Shown here piece after piece: positions 10,218 through 19,912 of a stretch of 64,000 nucleotides of DNA. A model generated the notes under the pieces. It had not been told where the DNA came from, did no database searches, and was given only the letters and a program-made list of their open reading frames with translations. Source of the DNA: Bdellovibrionota bacterium (lineage in GTDB: Bacteria > Bdellovibrionota_C > UBA2361 > JAAYZI01); the NCBI GenBank assembly GCA_050950765.1, contig JBMNIF010000003.1:192001-256000 (forward strand), in the 5' to 3' direction. Position 1 is the stretch's first letter. Each line of letters starts with the position of its first letter. The translations under genes were made by a program, and so were the position numbers.

Positions 10218-11018
10218 ATGAAAAATAGTAGCAAAAAAACAGATCCAGTACACTGGCTCTGCACTATCGGCTTCTTTTGCATCATCTTTTTGGGAGGTGC
10301 AGTTACGAATGAAATTTGTAACGACTTGGAATCCAAAAGGAATCAAGCTCAAGACGTCGCCGCTCAATCGAACGGCACGACCTTCTGTGATGACGAACGC
10401 TTCCTTGACTACGACGGTAGTTGTAGTGGGAACGGAACCCACTTCCAAGTGGTGAAGTGCGGCGAAGACCTCAGCTCTGCGGGCGATCTCATTGCTGAGG
10501 AGATTGTTCGAAATCGGCGAGGCTCGTTTGACCCGTTCAAAGAACATCCCCTCAAAGTGTATGTCGATGGATTGGTATCATCAGTCGACATGGACAGTTG
10601 GCGAGGAAGTTATGTCTCGCATATGAGTGGCGATCCCGAAGCTACGGATACCTCGCGCGACATGCTGCAAGCTTTTGGACTTATGGCTGAAAATGCCAAT
10701 CGTTTAAAAGTAATTGCAGAAAAAGAGGGCAGCGACGCTCTAAAGAACCCAGAGGCATTACGCTGTGCAGCTAAAATTAAAGTTACTGCATGGTGGATTG
10801 AAAAATCCTTCAGCAATCTCAAATGCAGCGAAGAGCAGCGAGAGGTTTTTAAGACCTACCTTGAATTGCTGTTCTCGTATTGCGACGTAATTATCGCAAG
10901 AGCGTTGCAATACCAAGAGTCGGTGCCTGCTGACTTATTGTCTGATTGTAGATTGCGTGTTTCTGGCGTAAGAATCGAGAAGATTTCAGAGCCTACGACG
11001 AACGCCCTTGCACTTTAG
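10218..11018 (+). CDS. Hypothetical protein with N-terminal hydrophobic segment
   Basis: 266-aa ORF, AGGA RBS, visibly more GC-rich than its flanks, followed by a terminator. Confidence 0.7.
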   Translation: MKNSSKKTDPVHWLCTIGFFCIIFLGGAVTNEICNDLESKRNQAQDVAAQSNGTTFCDDERFLDYDGSCSGNGTHFQVVKCGEDLSSAGDLIAEEIVRNRRGSFDPFKEHPLKVYVDGLVSSVDMDSWRGSYVSHMSGDPEATDTSRDMLQAFGLMAENANRLKVIAEKEGSDALKNPEALRCAAKIKVTAWWIEKSFSNLKCSEEQREVFKTYLELLFSYCDVIIARALQYQESVPADLLSDCRLRVSGVRIEKISEPTTNALAL

Positions 11019-11059
11019 ACGACACACTAGATGTTGCTCGTCAGCAACAATCTTTTTTG

Positions 11060-11089
11060 GAAGCTCTCTTCGGGGAGCTTCTTTTCTTT
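11060..11089 (+). terminator. Rho-independent terminator
   Basis: GAAGCTCTC-TTCG-GGGAGCTTC followed by TTTTCTTT. Confidence 0.85.
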
Positions 11090-11469
11090 AACGCGTTTGG
11101 AGTGCTACTACAATTGATTTCCCAATAAAGTATGGAAATTATGACAATGAAACAATTAATGGATTGGCACTTTAATGTTCGAAAAGGAATGTATTTCGAT
11201 CGAAAAATCTCCGTAGTTTCATGTTCAATTTATCTGAGTGATATTATTGAAGATGGATTTTGGAACTATGCCTTTGTTCCCTCTAGCGTGGATTTATCAG
11301 AAAAACTAGAACTTATTTCTAATCAATTCATCTCTCTGAATCGAAATCCATGCATTTATACAGTAGAGAATGATACACAACAAAAAACTGCTGATTTACT
11401 AACAAAAGCGGGCTATGTACCTTTGTCAGAAGAATCTTTTATGACATACACCTTGAAAAGTAGTATCAA

Positions 11470-13297
11470 CCTAAATTCCGCAATTTTTATCTTTTCTCCA
11501 TTCCAGAAATAAGCCACCGTATTTTTTATTGATATTTTAGTTAGTTATATATTTTTCTATATTGACATTTCCTGTTTGTATGGTATGATTGCCCTATACA
11601 TATTAGGGAGGTTTTTTATGAAAAAAATAACTAAAAAAGTTGACTTACCAGATAGGCAAATTGCTCGTAAGAAAAACAAAAATGGGACTACTTATATCTA
11701 TTACAGGATGAACTTTCGTCGTGAAAATGGAGAGCCTACGTTTGATGAAATAGGTATAGGGAAGCTAGATGAAAGCGGTAAGAAATTAATTCCTAATAGA
11801 AATTACTATGATTTGTTTCCAGATGATTCTAATAGATATGTTATTAGCAATAAATCTTTTGGTCTTACTTATGTTTTAAATAAGATTGTAAAAGATTTAA
11901 GGTTAGACAAGACATTGCTTTCAATTTTTGGAAATGACACATACGAGATTTTAACTTTAGCGTTTTATATTCTAGCAAATGGAAATGTAGTATCACATGC
12001 TTCAAGTTGGATAGATGATAGTGTCTTACCATATGAAATTTCTGAATTAACAAGTCAAAAAATAAGTCGTCTTTTTGAACGTATTGACTACGAGAAAAGA
12101 CTTAATTTTTTTAAGAAATGGACGAAGCGATATTTAGCTCAAGAATGTTGGTATTATGACGTAACTTCCATATCTTCTTATAGTAAAAAAATAAGCATAT
12201 TGGAGTTTGGCTATAATAGGGATATGGATAAATTGCCGCAAATAAATATAGGTATGTGCTACGGCTCTACAACGAAGCTTCCTTTATTCTATCAAGTTTA
12301 TAATGGCAGCATTACAGATAAGACATATTTTAGTTTTCTTTTAAGAGACTTTCCATTTATTAGTCTTAATAATCGTATTAACCTTGTTACGGATCAAGGT
12401 TTTGTGACGCAAGATAATTTAGCGGAAGTAGCAAATGAAGAAGGGCAAAAGTTTGGACTACTTTGTCCTTTGCCACTATATTGGAATGACGCTAAAAGAA
12501 TATTAGAAAATCACACTGCACTTATTAAGCAAGATGCTAATTATATAAAAGGAACCTCTACTTTTGGTTGTTCTGTAATAGATACTGTTATGGGACAACC
12601 TGTAAAGATTTATGTTTATTACAATATGGGAAAGGCGCCATATGAGATAGTTCAATTTTACGAGAAAATTTCTAGAATGGAAGAAGAGTTAGAAGAACTG
12701 AAAAAATTAAAATACTCTTTGCTGGATCGTAAAAAATATAGGAAATATTTTGATATTAAAATAAATGAAGATGGTTTCACTTATGAAAAAAAATCAGAAG
12801 CTATAGATGAATACTTGAGAAATTGTGGCTTCTTAATTTTGATTGGTATTGGTTGTGATTCAAATCCGAGTGAAGCACTTTTTCGTTATCGTCAAAAAGA
12901 TGTAATTGAAAAACAATTTTTCCAGCTAAAAAATGAAATTGATTTTAGAAGACTTAAAACACATAATCTTCAAACCACAGAAGGAAAACTTTTTGTTGGA
13001 TTTTTAGCTCTTATACTTAGAAGTTATATTCTTAATTTACTTAAAAATGATACAAGGCAAAAAAAGTTTAATATACCTGATGTCATTAAAGAGCTTCAAA
13101 AAATTAAAGTTATAGAAACTAAAAATGGCAGTAAATTAATGGTTCCGTTAACAAAAAAACAAAAGGATATTTTGAAAATTTTCAATATTGAAGAAGATGA
13201 CTTTCTAAAAAGTATTTTTAAGAAAAAGTAAGATTATACCGCTCGAAAGCTACCTTTAAAAACACGTTTGTATGGTATAATTTCGCGGGAATTCAGG
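11470..13297 (+). mobile_element. IS1634-family insertion sequence (copy 1)
   Basis: Terminal IRs CCTAAATTCC / GGAATTCAGG; 6-bp TSD TATCAA at 11464-11469 and 13298-13303. Confidence 0.92.
11618..13231 (+). CDS. IS1634-family DDE transposase
   Basis: YYDVTSISSYS, FGYNRD..LPQIN, TDQGF, YRQKDVIEKQF..LK, EGKLFVGFLALIL; GGGAGG RBS before ATG 11618. Confidence 0.92.
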   Translation: MKKITKKVDLPDRQIARKKNKNGTTYIYYRMNFRRENGEPTFDEIGIGKLDESGKKLIPNRNYYDLFPDDSNRYVISNKSFGLTYVLNKIVKDLRLDKTLLSIFGNDTYEILTLAFYILANGNVVSHASSWIDDSVLPYEISELTSQKISRLFERIDYEKRLNFFKKWTKRYLAQECWYYDVTSISSYSKKISILEFGYNRDMDKLPQINIGMCYGSTTKLPLFYQVYNGSITDKTYFSFLLRDFPFISLNNRINLVTDQGFVTQDNLAEVANEEGQKFGLLCPLPLYWNDAKRILENHTALIKQDANYIKGTSTFGCSVIDTVMGQPVKIYVYYNMGKAPYEIVQFYEKISRMEEELEELKKLKYSLLDRKKYRKYFDIKINEDGFTYEKKSEAIDEYLRNCGFLILIGIGCDSNPSEALFRYRQKDVIEKQFFQLKNEIDFRRLKTHNLQTTEGKLFVGFLALILRSYILNLLKNDTRQKKFNIPDVIKELQKIKVIETKNGSKLMVPLTKKQKDILKIFNIEEDDFLKSIFKKK

Positions 13298-13774
13298 TAT
13301 CAAAACAAAACCTACCTCACTCACGGTAAAATGCGTTACAGACGAAAAAACACGTGTTGACTTTGAAGATGTGTTCACTAGTGCATATGGAGGCGATAAA
13401 ACGCCGAGCAACCATATGGCGAATTAGATGAATCTTATATAAGAGCTTTAAGACAATCTTTTAGCAACAAGCAAAAATTTTATCATTTTGTTTGTTACGA
13501 CAATAAAACACCCGTTTCAATAGCTACATTGTGCTTTTTGGATGGTAAGGGAGGACTTTATAATGTCGGAACTGTCCCATCATATCGAAGCAAAGGTTGT
13601 GGAACAGTCGCAACTAAAGCTTGTATAGATAAGTGGATAGAACTAAAAGGGGATACACTTTTTCTCCAAACTGAAACTGGTAGTTTCGTTGAGAAGTGGT
13701 ATTACAAGTTAGGATTTAAGCTAAAATTTACAGCTTAAACCTACTACAAGAATATTTAGTTGTCACACTTAAAA

Positions 13775-15539
13775 CCTAAATTCCCGTAAAATTATAGTAT
13801 ACGTGCCCGCATCTTCATTCTTCGTAGTAATGATACGATTTTTATTTTTTGAATTGTTCCACTCCTATGGCTTTTAAAATGTTTCTTTGCATCTTGGATA
13901 TGGTCAGTAAATCTCTTTTCCCTTCAGAATGAAGTTCGCATATGTTTTCTAATTGCTTAATTGCTTGTTTTATTGTCAAGTTTGAAGTTTCTTCATCTTC
14001 TTTGAGCTTTTTAAGCATGACGCTTCTCACAATAAGGCTAATAAAGACTACAAATGTTTTTCCTTCTGTTGTTTGTACATAATGTGTGCGCATACGACGA
14101 TAGTCCATGCCATTTTTTAATTGGTCAAATGCTTTTTCAATAACATCTTTTTCACGGTAAATAGTCAGGGTTTCTTCAGCTGATAAACTTATGTCCGTTG
14201 ATATGAGCGCAAAATAACCAAGCTTTGATTTGTATTCATCAATGGCATCATAGTCCATCTCGTAGCTAATATCGGTTTTTCCATCCTGATGTATTTTGAA
14301 ATATTTAGTTTGACTTGGTTTAAGCTTCTTTTGTTTTACGATTAAATCTAATGCCTCTTTTTTTCGTTTAATGTCAGCATACAATGCTTTTTCATCCAAC
14401 CTAGCCTTTTCAGAGTTGTAGTACATGTGGACTTTAACTGGAATGCCCTCATAGTTTGCTGTATAACTCCTAGCATAAATATCAACAGAGCTTATGAATT
14501 CCCTAGAAGAAAAAGGCTTCTTAATAGTCTTCTCAATCAGTTCTTTGTAGAGCTTGTAGTTTTTTGACAATAGGGATAATGCTTTGTAGCCCGCATCGCA
14601 AACCATCTTAAAGTTCTTTGGAGACAATAGCCCTTGATCTATAACAATCCGTAGGTTCTTTAAACCGAAGTGCCGACTGTAGGCAAGGATTGACTCAAAG
14701 TAAGATTTATCAACGATACTTCCAGGATAAATCTTGTAAAATAAGGGCAACCTTACATCTTCTCCATAGTACATTCCTAAGTTAATTTGAGCCAAATTGT
14801 CATCATCACGATTATATCCCCATTCAACCAAATGCATGTCGTTGCTATAAGAAGAGATGGATGTGACATCATAAGCGACATAACCATCTGTTTTATTGTA
14901 ATTTGTCCATTTCTCAAAAAAACGAATACGCTCCTCCTCAGTAATGGAAGCAAAGAACTCACTGATTGCTTGAGAACTTAGGGGAATTAAGTCTTCATGA
15001 TAATTACTTTGCGCCCAATTAGGGTAATCCATCATGACATTGCCCTGACTTAACATATAAGAAGCTAAAGAGAGAGCCGCCTTTGCTCTCTCTTGACCCA
15101 TAGTATTTACCAAGAGATTGGTTAAACTTAACTTTTGAGCAATTTCCATAAAGCTCGAAATATAGCCAACAGATTGGACTATTTTCTCTGGAGCATGCTC
15201 TGGGAATAGATCATAATAGTTCCTGTTTGGGATGAGCATTCCCGTTGCGTTGTCAAGTTTCCCAATACTTTTTTCATCTGAAGTAGGCTGACCTTTTTTG
15301 TTTCGATAAGCCCTGAGAGTGTAGTAAACGTACCTCGTATCTCCCTTTCCTTTTTTATAAGTTATTCTTTTTTTTGGTAATGGAACCATTTTTTTTGCCA
15401 CAAAACCACCTCCTTGTATACTGCCATTATAGTATACAAAAAGAAAAAAAGCAAGAGATTAAAATCAAATAAATGCTTGAAATCTCTTGTTTTACAGACT
15501 TTTTTAACTAGGTATACTATGGAAACTCAGGAATTTAGG
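13775..15539 (-). mobile_element. IS1634-family insertion sequence (copy 2, divergent from copy 1)
   Basis: Terminal IRs CCTAAATTCC / GGAATTTAGG; 6-bp TSD TTAAAA at 13769-13774 and 15540-15545. Confidence 0.92.
13842..15401 (-). CDS. IS1634-family DDE transposase
   Basis: AYDVTSISSYS, WGYNRD..LAQIN, IDQG, YREKDVIEKAF..LK, EGKTFVVFISLI; AGGAGG RBS before GTG. Confidence 0.92.
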   Translation of the reverse strand: MAKKMVPLPKKRITYKKGKGDTRYVYYTLRAYRNKKGQPTSDEKSIGKLDNATGMLIPNRNYYDLFPEHAPEKIVQSVGYISSFMEIAQKLSLTNLLVNTMGQERAKAALSLASYMLSQGNVMMDYPNWAQSNYHEDLIPLSSQAISEFFASITEEERIRFFEKWTNYNKTDGYVAYDVTSISSYSNDMHLVEWGYNRDDDNLAQINLGMYYGEDVRLPLFYKIYPGSIVDKSYFESILAYSRHFGLKNLRIVIDQGLLSPKNFKMVCDAGYKALSLLSKNYKLYKELIEKTIKKPFSSREFISSVDIYARSYTANYEGIPVKVHMYYNSEKARLDEKALYADIKRKKEALDLIVKQKKLKPSQTKYFKIHQDGKTDISYEMDYDAIDEYKSKLGYFALISTDISLSAEETLTIYREKDVIEKAFDQLKNGMDYRRMRTHYVQTTEGKTFVVFISLIVRSVMLKKLKEDEETSNLTIKQAIKQLENICELHSEGKRDLLTISKMQRNILKAIGVEQFKK

Positions 15540-15639
15540 TTAAAAGCATATCTGCACACCTTTTGATAAAACATAAACAACAACTCCTTTAGCTCTTAGT
15601 ATATAAGATAAGATCTGGATCCTAACTTCCGCTCCGCTC

Positions 15640-15800
15640 TCTACTGGTGTCACTGGCAGGCTTGTCACTGGCGCTCTCTCTACTGGTGCCACCCTCTTTT
15701 AACCTTTTAAATTAGCAATTATTATAGGCTTGCTTTTAACCTTTTAAATTAGCAATTATTATAGGCTTGTCACTGGTGCCACCCTTCAGCTGGCCAGCTA
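15640..15800 (+). repeat. Mosaic array B (2 exact cores plus variants)
   Basis: Cores at 15684 and 15774; two copies of the module CTTTTAACCTTTTAAATTAGCAATTATTATAGGCTTG. Confidence 0.85.
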
Positions 15801-15863
15801 AAAGCTTTTTTAAAAAAATGTCTAAGCTTAGAAGTTAGGAAATTATTTACAGAGCCAATTATT

Positions 15864-16763
15864 TTACCGAACCCCTATTTTCCCAGTTCTGCGCTTGTCT
15901 TCAATCAGGCGTTTTTGTTTAAGAGCCTCCACATTTTTTGACGAAGTATCATAGGTTCTTATCATTTTTGCATGCTTAATATCTATCTGAGACTTAACGG
16001 TAGAAAGCTCGTTAGTGGCTTTTTTTAAGCGCTCACTACAGGTAGATAGAGCTTCTTTTGAAGGGGAAGCAGATTGTTTTCCCCTTTGCCCTCTATTTGC
16101 CGCTATTGAACAAGAGGATCTATCCTTAATAATAAGATCCAAAACTTTACTGGCGGCAATTAAATCTTTTTCATAACGAAGTTGCTGAGCATCCAAGGAC
16201 ATTTCAAGTTCCTTAAACCATCTCAAATCAGAATTTGAAAAAATGTCTTTTGTCGCCTTTTCACGCAAAAGTTTTTGCATACTATCTTTAAATTTTTTAC
16301 ATTTTATTTGAGTCTCTTTTTTTAGCATTGTTAAGTTATTTAGTAATACCTTACTTTCTTTTTGCACCTCCAAAAACGCACCTACCTCTTCATGAAATCG
16401 GACATTTTTTGGATCTGGAGTTGGAGTTGAACTCTCTTTCATCTCCTTAGCTGCCTTCTCCTCTTCTGCCCTCTTCTGCTTAAGACTCTTCGACTCTTCT
16501 TCAAACTTATCGAACTCCAGATTTAATCTATCAAAAGTATCTAGTGGAGGTTCTGCCTCTGTGGCTTTAGGTTCCAGCTCTCTGACCAACGCTTCAAGAG
16601 GGCTCTCTTTTTGCTGCGCAAAAGCAAGCGGGGTTATAATTAGTGAAAATAAAACACATTTGAAAAGATATCGTGCATAACCACACCTTTTAAGTTTAAG
16701 CATTTTAGGGTGCATTTCAATTTTTACTCCTTCAATATAGTATCGATTTTTTAAATATAGCAT
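15864..16763 (-). CDS. Hypothetical secreted coiled-coil protein (true start uncertain)
   Basis: Signal-like LFSLIITPLAFA followed by K/E-rich helical sequence. Confidence 0.65.
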   Translation of the reverse strand: MLYLKNRYYIEGVKIEMHPKMLKLKRCGYARYLFKCVLFSLIITPLAFAQQKESPLEALVRELEPKATEAEPPLDTFDRLNLEFDKFEEESKSLKQKRAEEEKAAKEMKESSTPTPDPKNVRFHEEVGAFLEVQKESKVLLNNLTMLKKETQIKCKKFKDSMQKLLREKATKDIFSNSDLRWFKELEMSLDAQQLRYEKDLIAASKVLDLIIKDRSSCSIAANRGQRGKQSASPSKEALSTCSERLKKATNELSTVKSQIDIKHAKMIRTYDTSSKNVEALKQKRLIEDKRRTGKIGVR

Positions 16764-16949
16764 TATTCAGCAGTAGTGTGCCTTACACATTAATAACATT
16801 GCTTCATTCATTACATAAGACTATCCTAAGAAGCCGATATTGCTTTAAGATTATTGACTATATCACAATCTTTAGCATATTTTAGGGTACTTATCTTTTG
16901 TACCGATCTTTTGTACTGAAGGTTTCTGGCGCCTATTAGGAGAATAATT

Positions 16950-17312
16950 ATGCCACAAGGAAAAAATACATTCGTCGCAGATGACGCTAATCCTATTTTA
17001 TTAACCCCTACTGCTATTGCCATGGTCAAAGAAGCTATCAAGGAAGATGGTCAAGTCGGAGATGGCTTAAGAGTTGCCGTAGCAGGTGGCGGCTGTTCAG
17101 GCTATCAATATTCACTTGATTTTGAGCAGAAAAAACGTGATGAGGATGTTATTTTAGAATACGACGGTCTTACAGTTTATATTGATCCAATTAGCGCCTT
17201 CTATCTACGTGGCACAATCATTGACTATGTTTCTAATGAAGAAGATTCAGGGTTTAAATTTAACAATCCGAACGCGCACTGCAGAACCTGCAGCGGCTGT
17301 TCATGTGGCTAA
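16950..17312 (+). CDS. A-type Fe-S cluster carrier (IscA/ErpA/HesB family)
   Basis: LRVAVAGGGCSGYQY, LRGTIIDY, GFKFNNPNA and C-terminal cysteines. Confidence 0.92.
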   Translation: MPQGKNTFVADDANPILLTPTAIAMVKEAIKEDGQVGDGLRVAVAGGGCSGYQYSLDFEQKKRDEDVILEYDGLTVYIDPISAFYLRGTIIDYVSNEEDSGFKFNNPNAHCRTCSGCSCG

Positions 17313-17315
17313 AAC

Positions 17316-17778
17316 TGGTGCCACCCACTTTTAACCTTTTAAATTAGCAATTATTGCAGGCTTGTCACTGGTGCCACCCTTCAGGGACGACTGGACGGGC
17401 TGATACTACAAAACGACTTGGCGGGGGTTAAAAAACTGGAAAAAACTGGTGCCACCCACTTTTAACCTTTTAAATTAGCAATTATTGCAGGCTTGTCACT
17501 GGTGCCACCCTTCAGGGACGATTGTGGCTAAAACTGGTGCCACCCTTTAGTTGGGGCAGTTCAGCTAGGGGCAGTTTTGGTGTTTGGCAGTTTTGGTGCC
17601 ACCCTTCAGGGACAACTGGACGGGCTGATACTACAAAACGACTTAGCTAGACCTGTACGGGGGTTAAAAATCTGGTGCCACCCTTCAGGGACGATTGGGC
17701 GGGCTGGAACTGCAAAACGACTTGGCTAGACCTGTACGGGGGTTAAAAAACTGGAAAAACTGGTGCCACCCTTCCAGT
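17316..17778 (+). repeat. Mosaic array C (8 exact cores)
   Basis: Cores at 17316, 17369, 17447, 17500, 17535, 17594, 17673, 17761; begins just after the IscA-like stop codon. Confidence 0.95.
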
Positions 17779-18073
17779 GTCCAGCATTCACAAAACATAC
17801 AGTGTCAACCTGCAACAGGTGCTCATATATGTAAAATTCCATGTTTTTCTTATTTTTCAGAACTATGTTTTTTTATTGATGCAAATTATAAAGCTAACAC
17901 GATATAGAGACGACATCATAAGTACTCGCAAGAGGAACAGGTTGACATGGGTTGCATAGTGCCGTCTGTGTACGGACTTATGCGCAGAACTATCAGATCG
18001 ATAATATTTTACACAAAAATCGCTAGGTAGTTTTTGTGAGCACGATCGGGGATAGGAAAATTGCGGAGGTACT

Positions 18074-18340
18074 ATGGATATAAGCGAGATATCGGGTTTC
18101 CCAAGAGGGCAAAAACTTGCGCCTCGTGAAAATCTTGAAAGTAAAAGAATTAAACTTCAAGAAAAACAAGAAAAATGTGAAAATACGGAATGTGTTTCTG
18201 ATGAGATACACCTTGAAGAAAACCAACGTGCACAGCGTATTAAAGAAATTAAGGCACAAATTTTAGGAGGAACATATAAAATAGATTCTTTTAAGGTAGC
18301 AGATAAAATCTTGCGAGATACCCTAATAGGCATCGCTTAA
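18074..18340 (+). CDS. FlgM-like anti-sigma-28 factor
   Basis: C-terminal RIKEIKAQILGGTYKIDSFKVADKIL matches the FlgM pattern; GGAGG RBS. Confidence 0.75.
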   Translation: MDISEISGFPRGQKLAPRENLESKRIKLQEKQEKCENTECVSDEIHLEENQRAQRIKEIKAQILGGTYKIDSFKVADKILRDTLIGIA

Positions 18341-18351
18341 CTACTGACTTG

Positions 18352-18645
18352 TTACTGCCAGCCCCCCTTGTCACTGGCCTTGTCACTGGTGCCACCCACC
18401 AACGCTAAGCCCTTGTCACTGGTGCCACCCACCAGTACGACCTGCGTTGCTGTTTTTGCTCTTCTGACAGCCTTTTTTCTGCTTACACCACTGCCACCAC
18501 CCACCAGTACGACCTGCGCCCTGGCCCCACCCACCAGCCCCAAGCCCTTGTCTCTGGCCTTGTCTCTGGTGCCACCCACCAGTACGACCTGCGTTGCTGT
18601 TTTTGCTCTTCTGACAGCCTTTTTTCTGCTTATGCCACTGCCAGC
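18352..18645 (+). repeat. Mosaic array D (3 exact cores plus variants; internal direct repeat)
   Basis: Cores at 18387, 18420, 18567; segment AGTACGACCTGCGTTGCTGTTTTTGCTCTTCTGACAGCC present twice; downstream of the Y1 gene. Confidence 0.9.
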
Positions 18646-18794
18646 AAGCTTAACTCACCTTAAATTTCCTTAAATTTGATACTACAACTTACGATTAATT
18701 GACTATTTTCAGATTTTAGATAGATCTTCCCTGTTGAAATTTAGATTTCATATTATTATCGGGTCAAAAAAGCAGCTTTTTTAGGTTACTTTTT

Positions 18795-19763
18795 TCAGGT
18801 CGCCACCCCGCAAAGCCTACCTACAATAGGCATACTCGGACGAAATGCCCCATAAACAAACTTAGCTGAAATATCACCTTGCTTCCACTTCTTCCAAGCC
18901 TTTCTACACTCTTCACAAAAAGCCTTATATTCTGCTATCGCTTTTATCCGTAACTCCTTAATCCAACAAATTAAATACGGCGTACGTGTCTTCTTCTTAG
19001 GTACATACGCAATATTTATCGATTGTTGCTGCACTTTACGCATCCCCATAAAATGCCCCTTCCTTTCAAGTGCAATCTCTTCTTCCCTTTTTGAAATCTC
19101 TGTCATTATTGTTTTAAAGATCTCTTCAGACGTAAGATTTTTTGATTCTTCAAAACAATTCTTCCAAGCATCAGGGGTAATCTTAAGCTCATGACAAGTG
19201 TGCGGAAACATATTAAGCATTTTTAATAAAATAGCATCGCTTATTTTATGAAGTCTCTGCGGTAACTTACGTAAATTAGTAGAAGAGGTATACTTACCCT
19301 GCACTGTTAAAGAACCTGATTTATACATTCTAAAACTACTACACCCTTCCCAATCATCAGCGTGTGCAACAAGGCCTGCTTTTACAGGATTTATATAAAT
19401 ATAGACTATCTTATCGATAACATCATTATGAGTTAACAAACGTTGCTCCTTAAAACGTCCATCCCAAACGTTTCTCCTATATTGCGGCGTTAGTTTCTTA
19501 ATAGCACGTGCAACTGCACTTTCCATCTCTCCCATAAATGAAGAGATGTGCTTTCCTTCACCAACTAATATCATGTGAAAGTGGTTACTCATCCAATTAA
19601 AATGAGCAATTCTAACACGATGGTGCTCTTGGCAACGTGCCATAATCCCTAACAGGATCCATTTCATAAAAAGGCGTGCTAGAAATGGCAAGCCAGATAA
19701 TGTTCTATTGGTGACATGTACCACCATTTTATTAGGATTTCTCCTATCTCGACGATTTCTCAT
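18795..19763 (-). CDS. Stand-alone Y1 HUH transposase-like protein (RAYT/TnpA-REP-like) with C-terminal extension
   Basis: HVTNR; HUH motif MSNHFHMIL; VWDGRF; catalytic-Tyr helix YIYINPVKAGLV..DDWEGCSS; no tnpB next to it; GGAG RBS. Confidence 0.9.
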   Translation of the reverse strand: MRNRRDRRNPNKMVVHVTNRTLSGLPFLARLFMKWILLGIMARCQEHHRVRIAHFNWMSNHFHMILVGEGKHISSFMGEMESAVARAIKKLTPQYRRNVWDGRFKEQRLLTHNDVIDKIVYIYINPVKAGLVAHADDWEGCSSFRMYKSGSLTVQGKYTSSTNLRKLPQRLHKISDAILLKMLNMFPHTCHELKITPDAWKNCFEESKNLTSEEIFKTIMTEISKREEEIALERKGHFMGMRKVQQQSINIAYVPKKKTRTPYLICWIKELRIKAIAEYKAFCEECRKAWKKWKQGDISAKFVYGAFRPSMPIVGRLCGVAT

Positions 19764-19803
19764 AAGACAACTCCAGATGAAAAATAAAAATAATCAATAA
19801 ATT

Positions 19804-19839
19804 GGCAGAATTGCCGGTTAGTTTGGCAGGATTGCCAAA
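19804..19839. promoter_or_regulatory. Tandem palindromic sites upstream of the Y1 gene
   Basis: GGCA-GAAT-TGCC (19804-19815) and TTTGGCA-GGAT-TGCCAAA (19822-19839). Confidence 0.45.
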
Positions 19840-19912
19840 TTCTAACGCTTAATTGTCGCTAGAGTTGGGATTTTATTGTGGGTAAAAATGAAAAAAGTTT
19901 GGAGATTGGGAT

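Larger units (their letters stand above)
11132..13759 (+). pseudogene. GNAT acetyltransferase interrupted by IS1634, with further lesions
   Basis: Removing IS 11470-13297 and one TSD rejoins the frame (..TLKSSIKTKPTSLTVKCV..); the C-terminal part has GNAT motif A (YNVGTVPSYRSKGCG) and YYKLGF; an extra frameshift lies near 13405. Confidence 0.8.

Noticed and set aside
18795..19763. Ordinary IS200/IS605 element
   Set aside because: No tnpB, the protein is about twice the length of IS200 TnpA, and the flanks are core arrays rather than a recognisable left/right end hairpin pair
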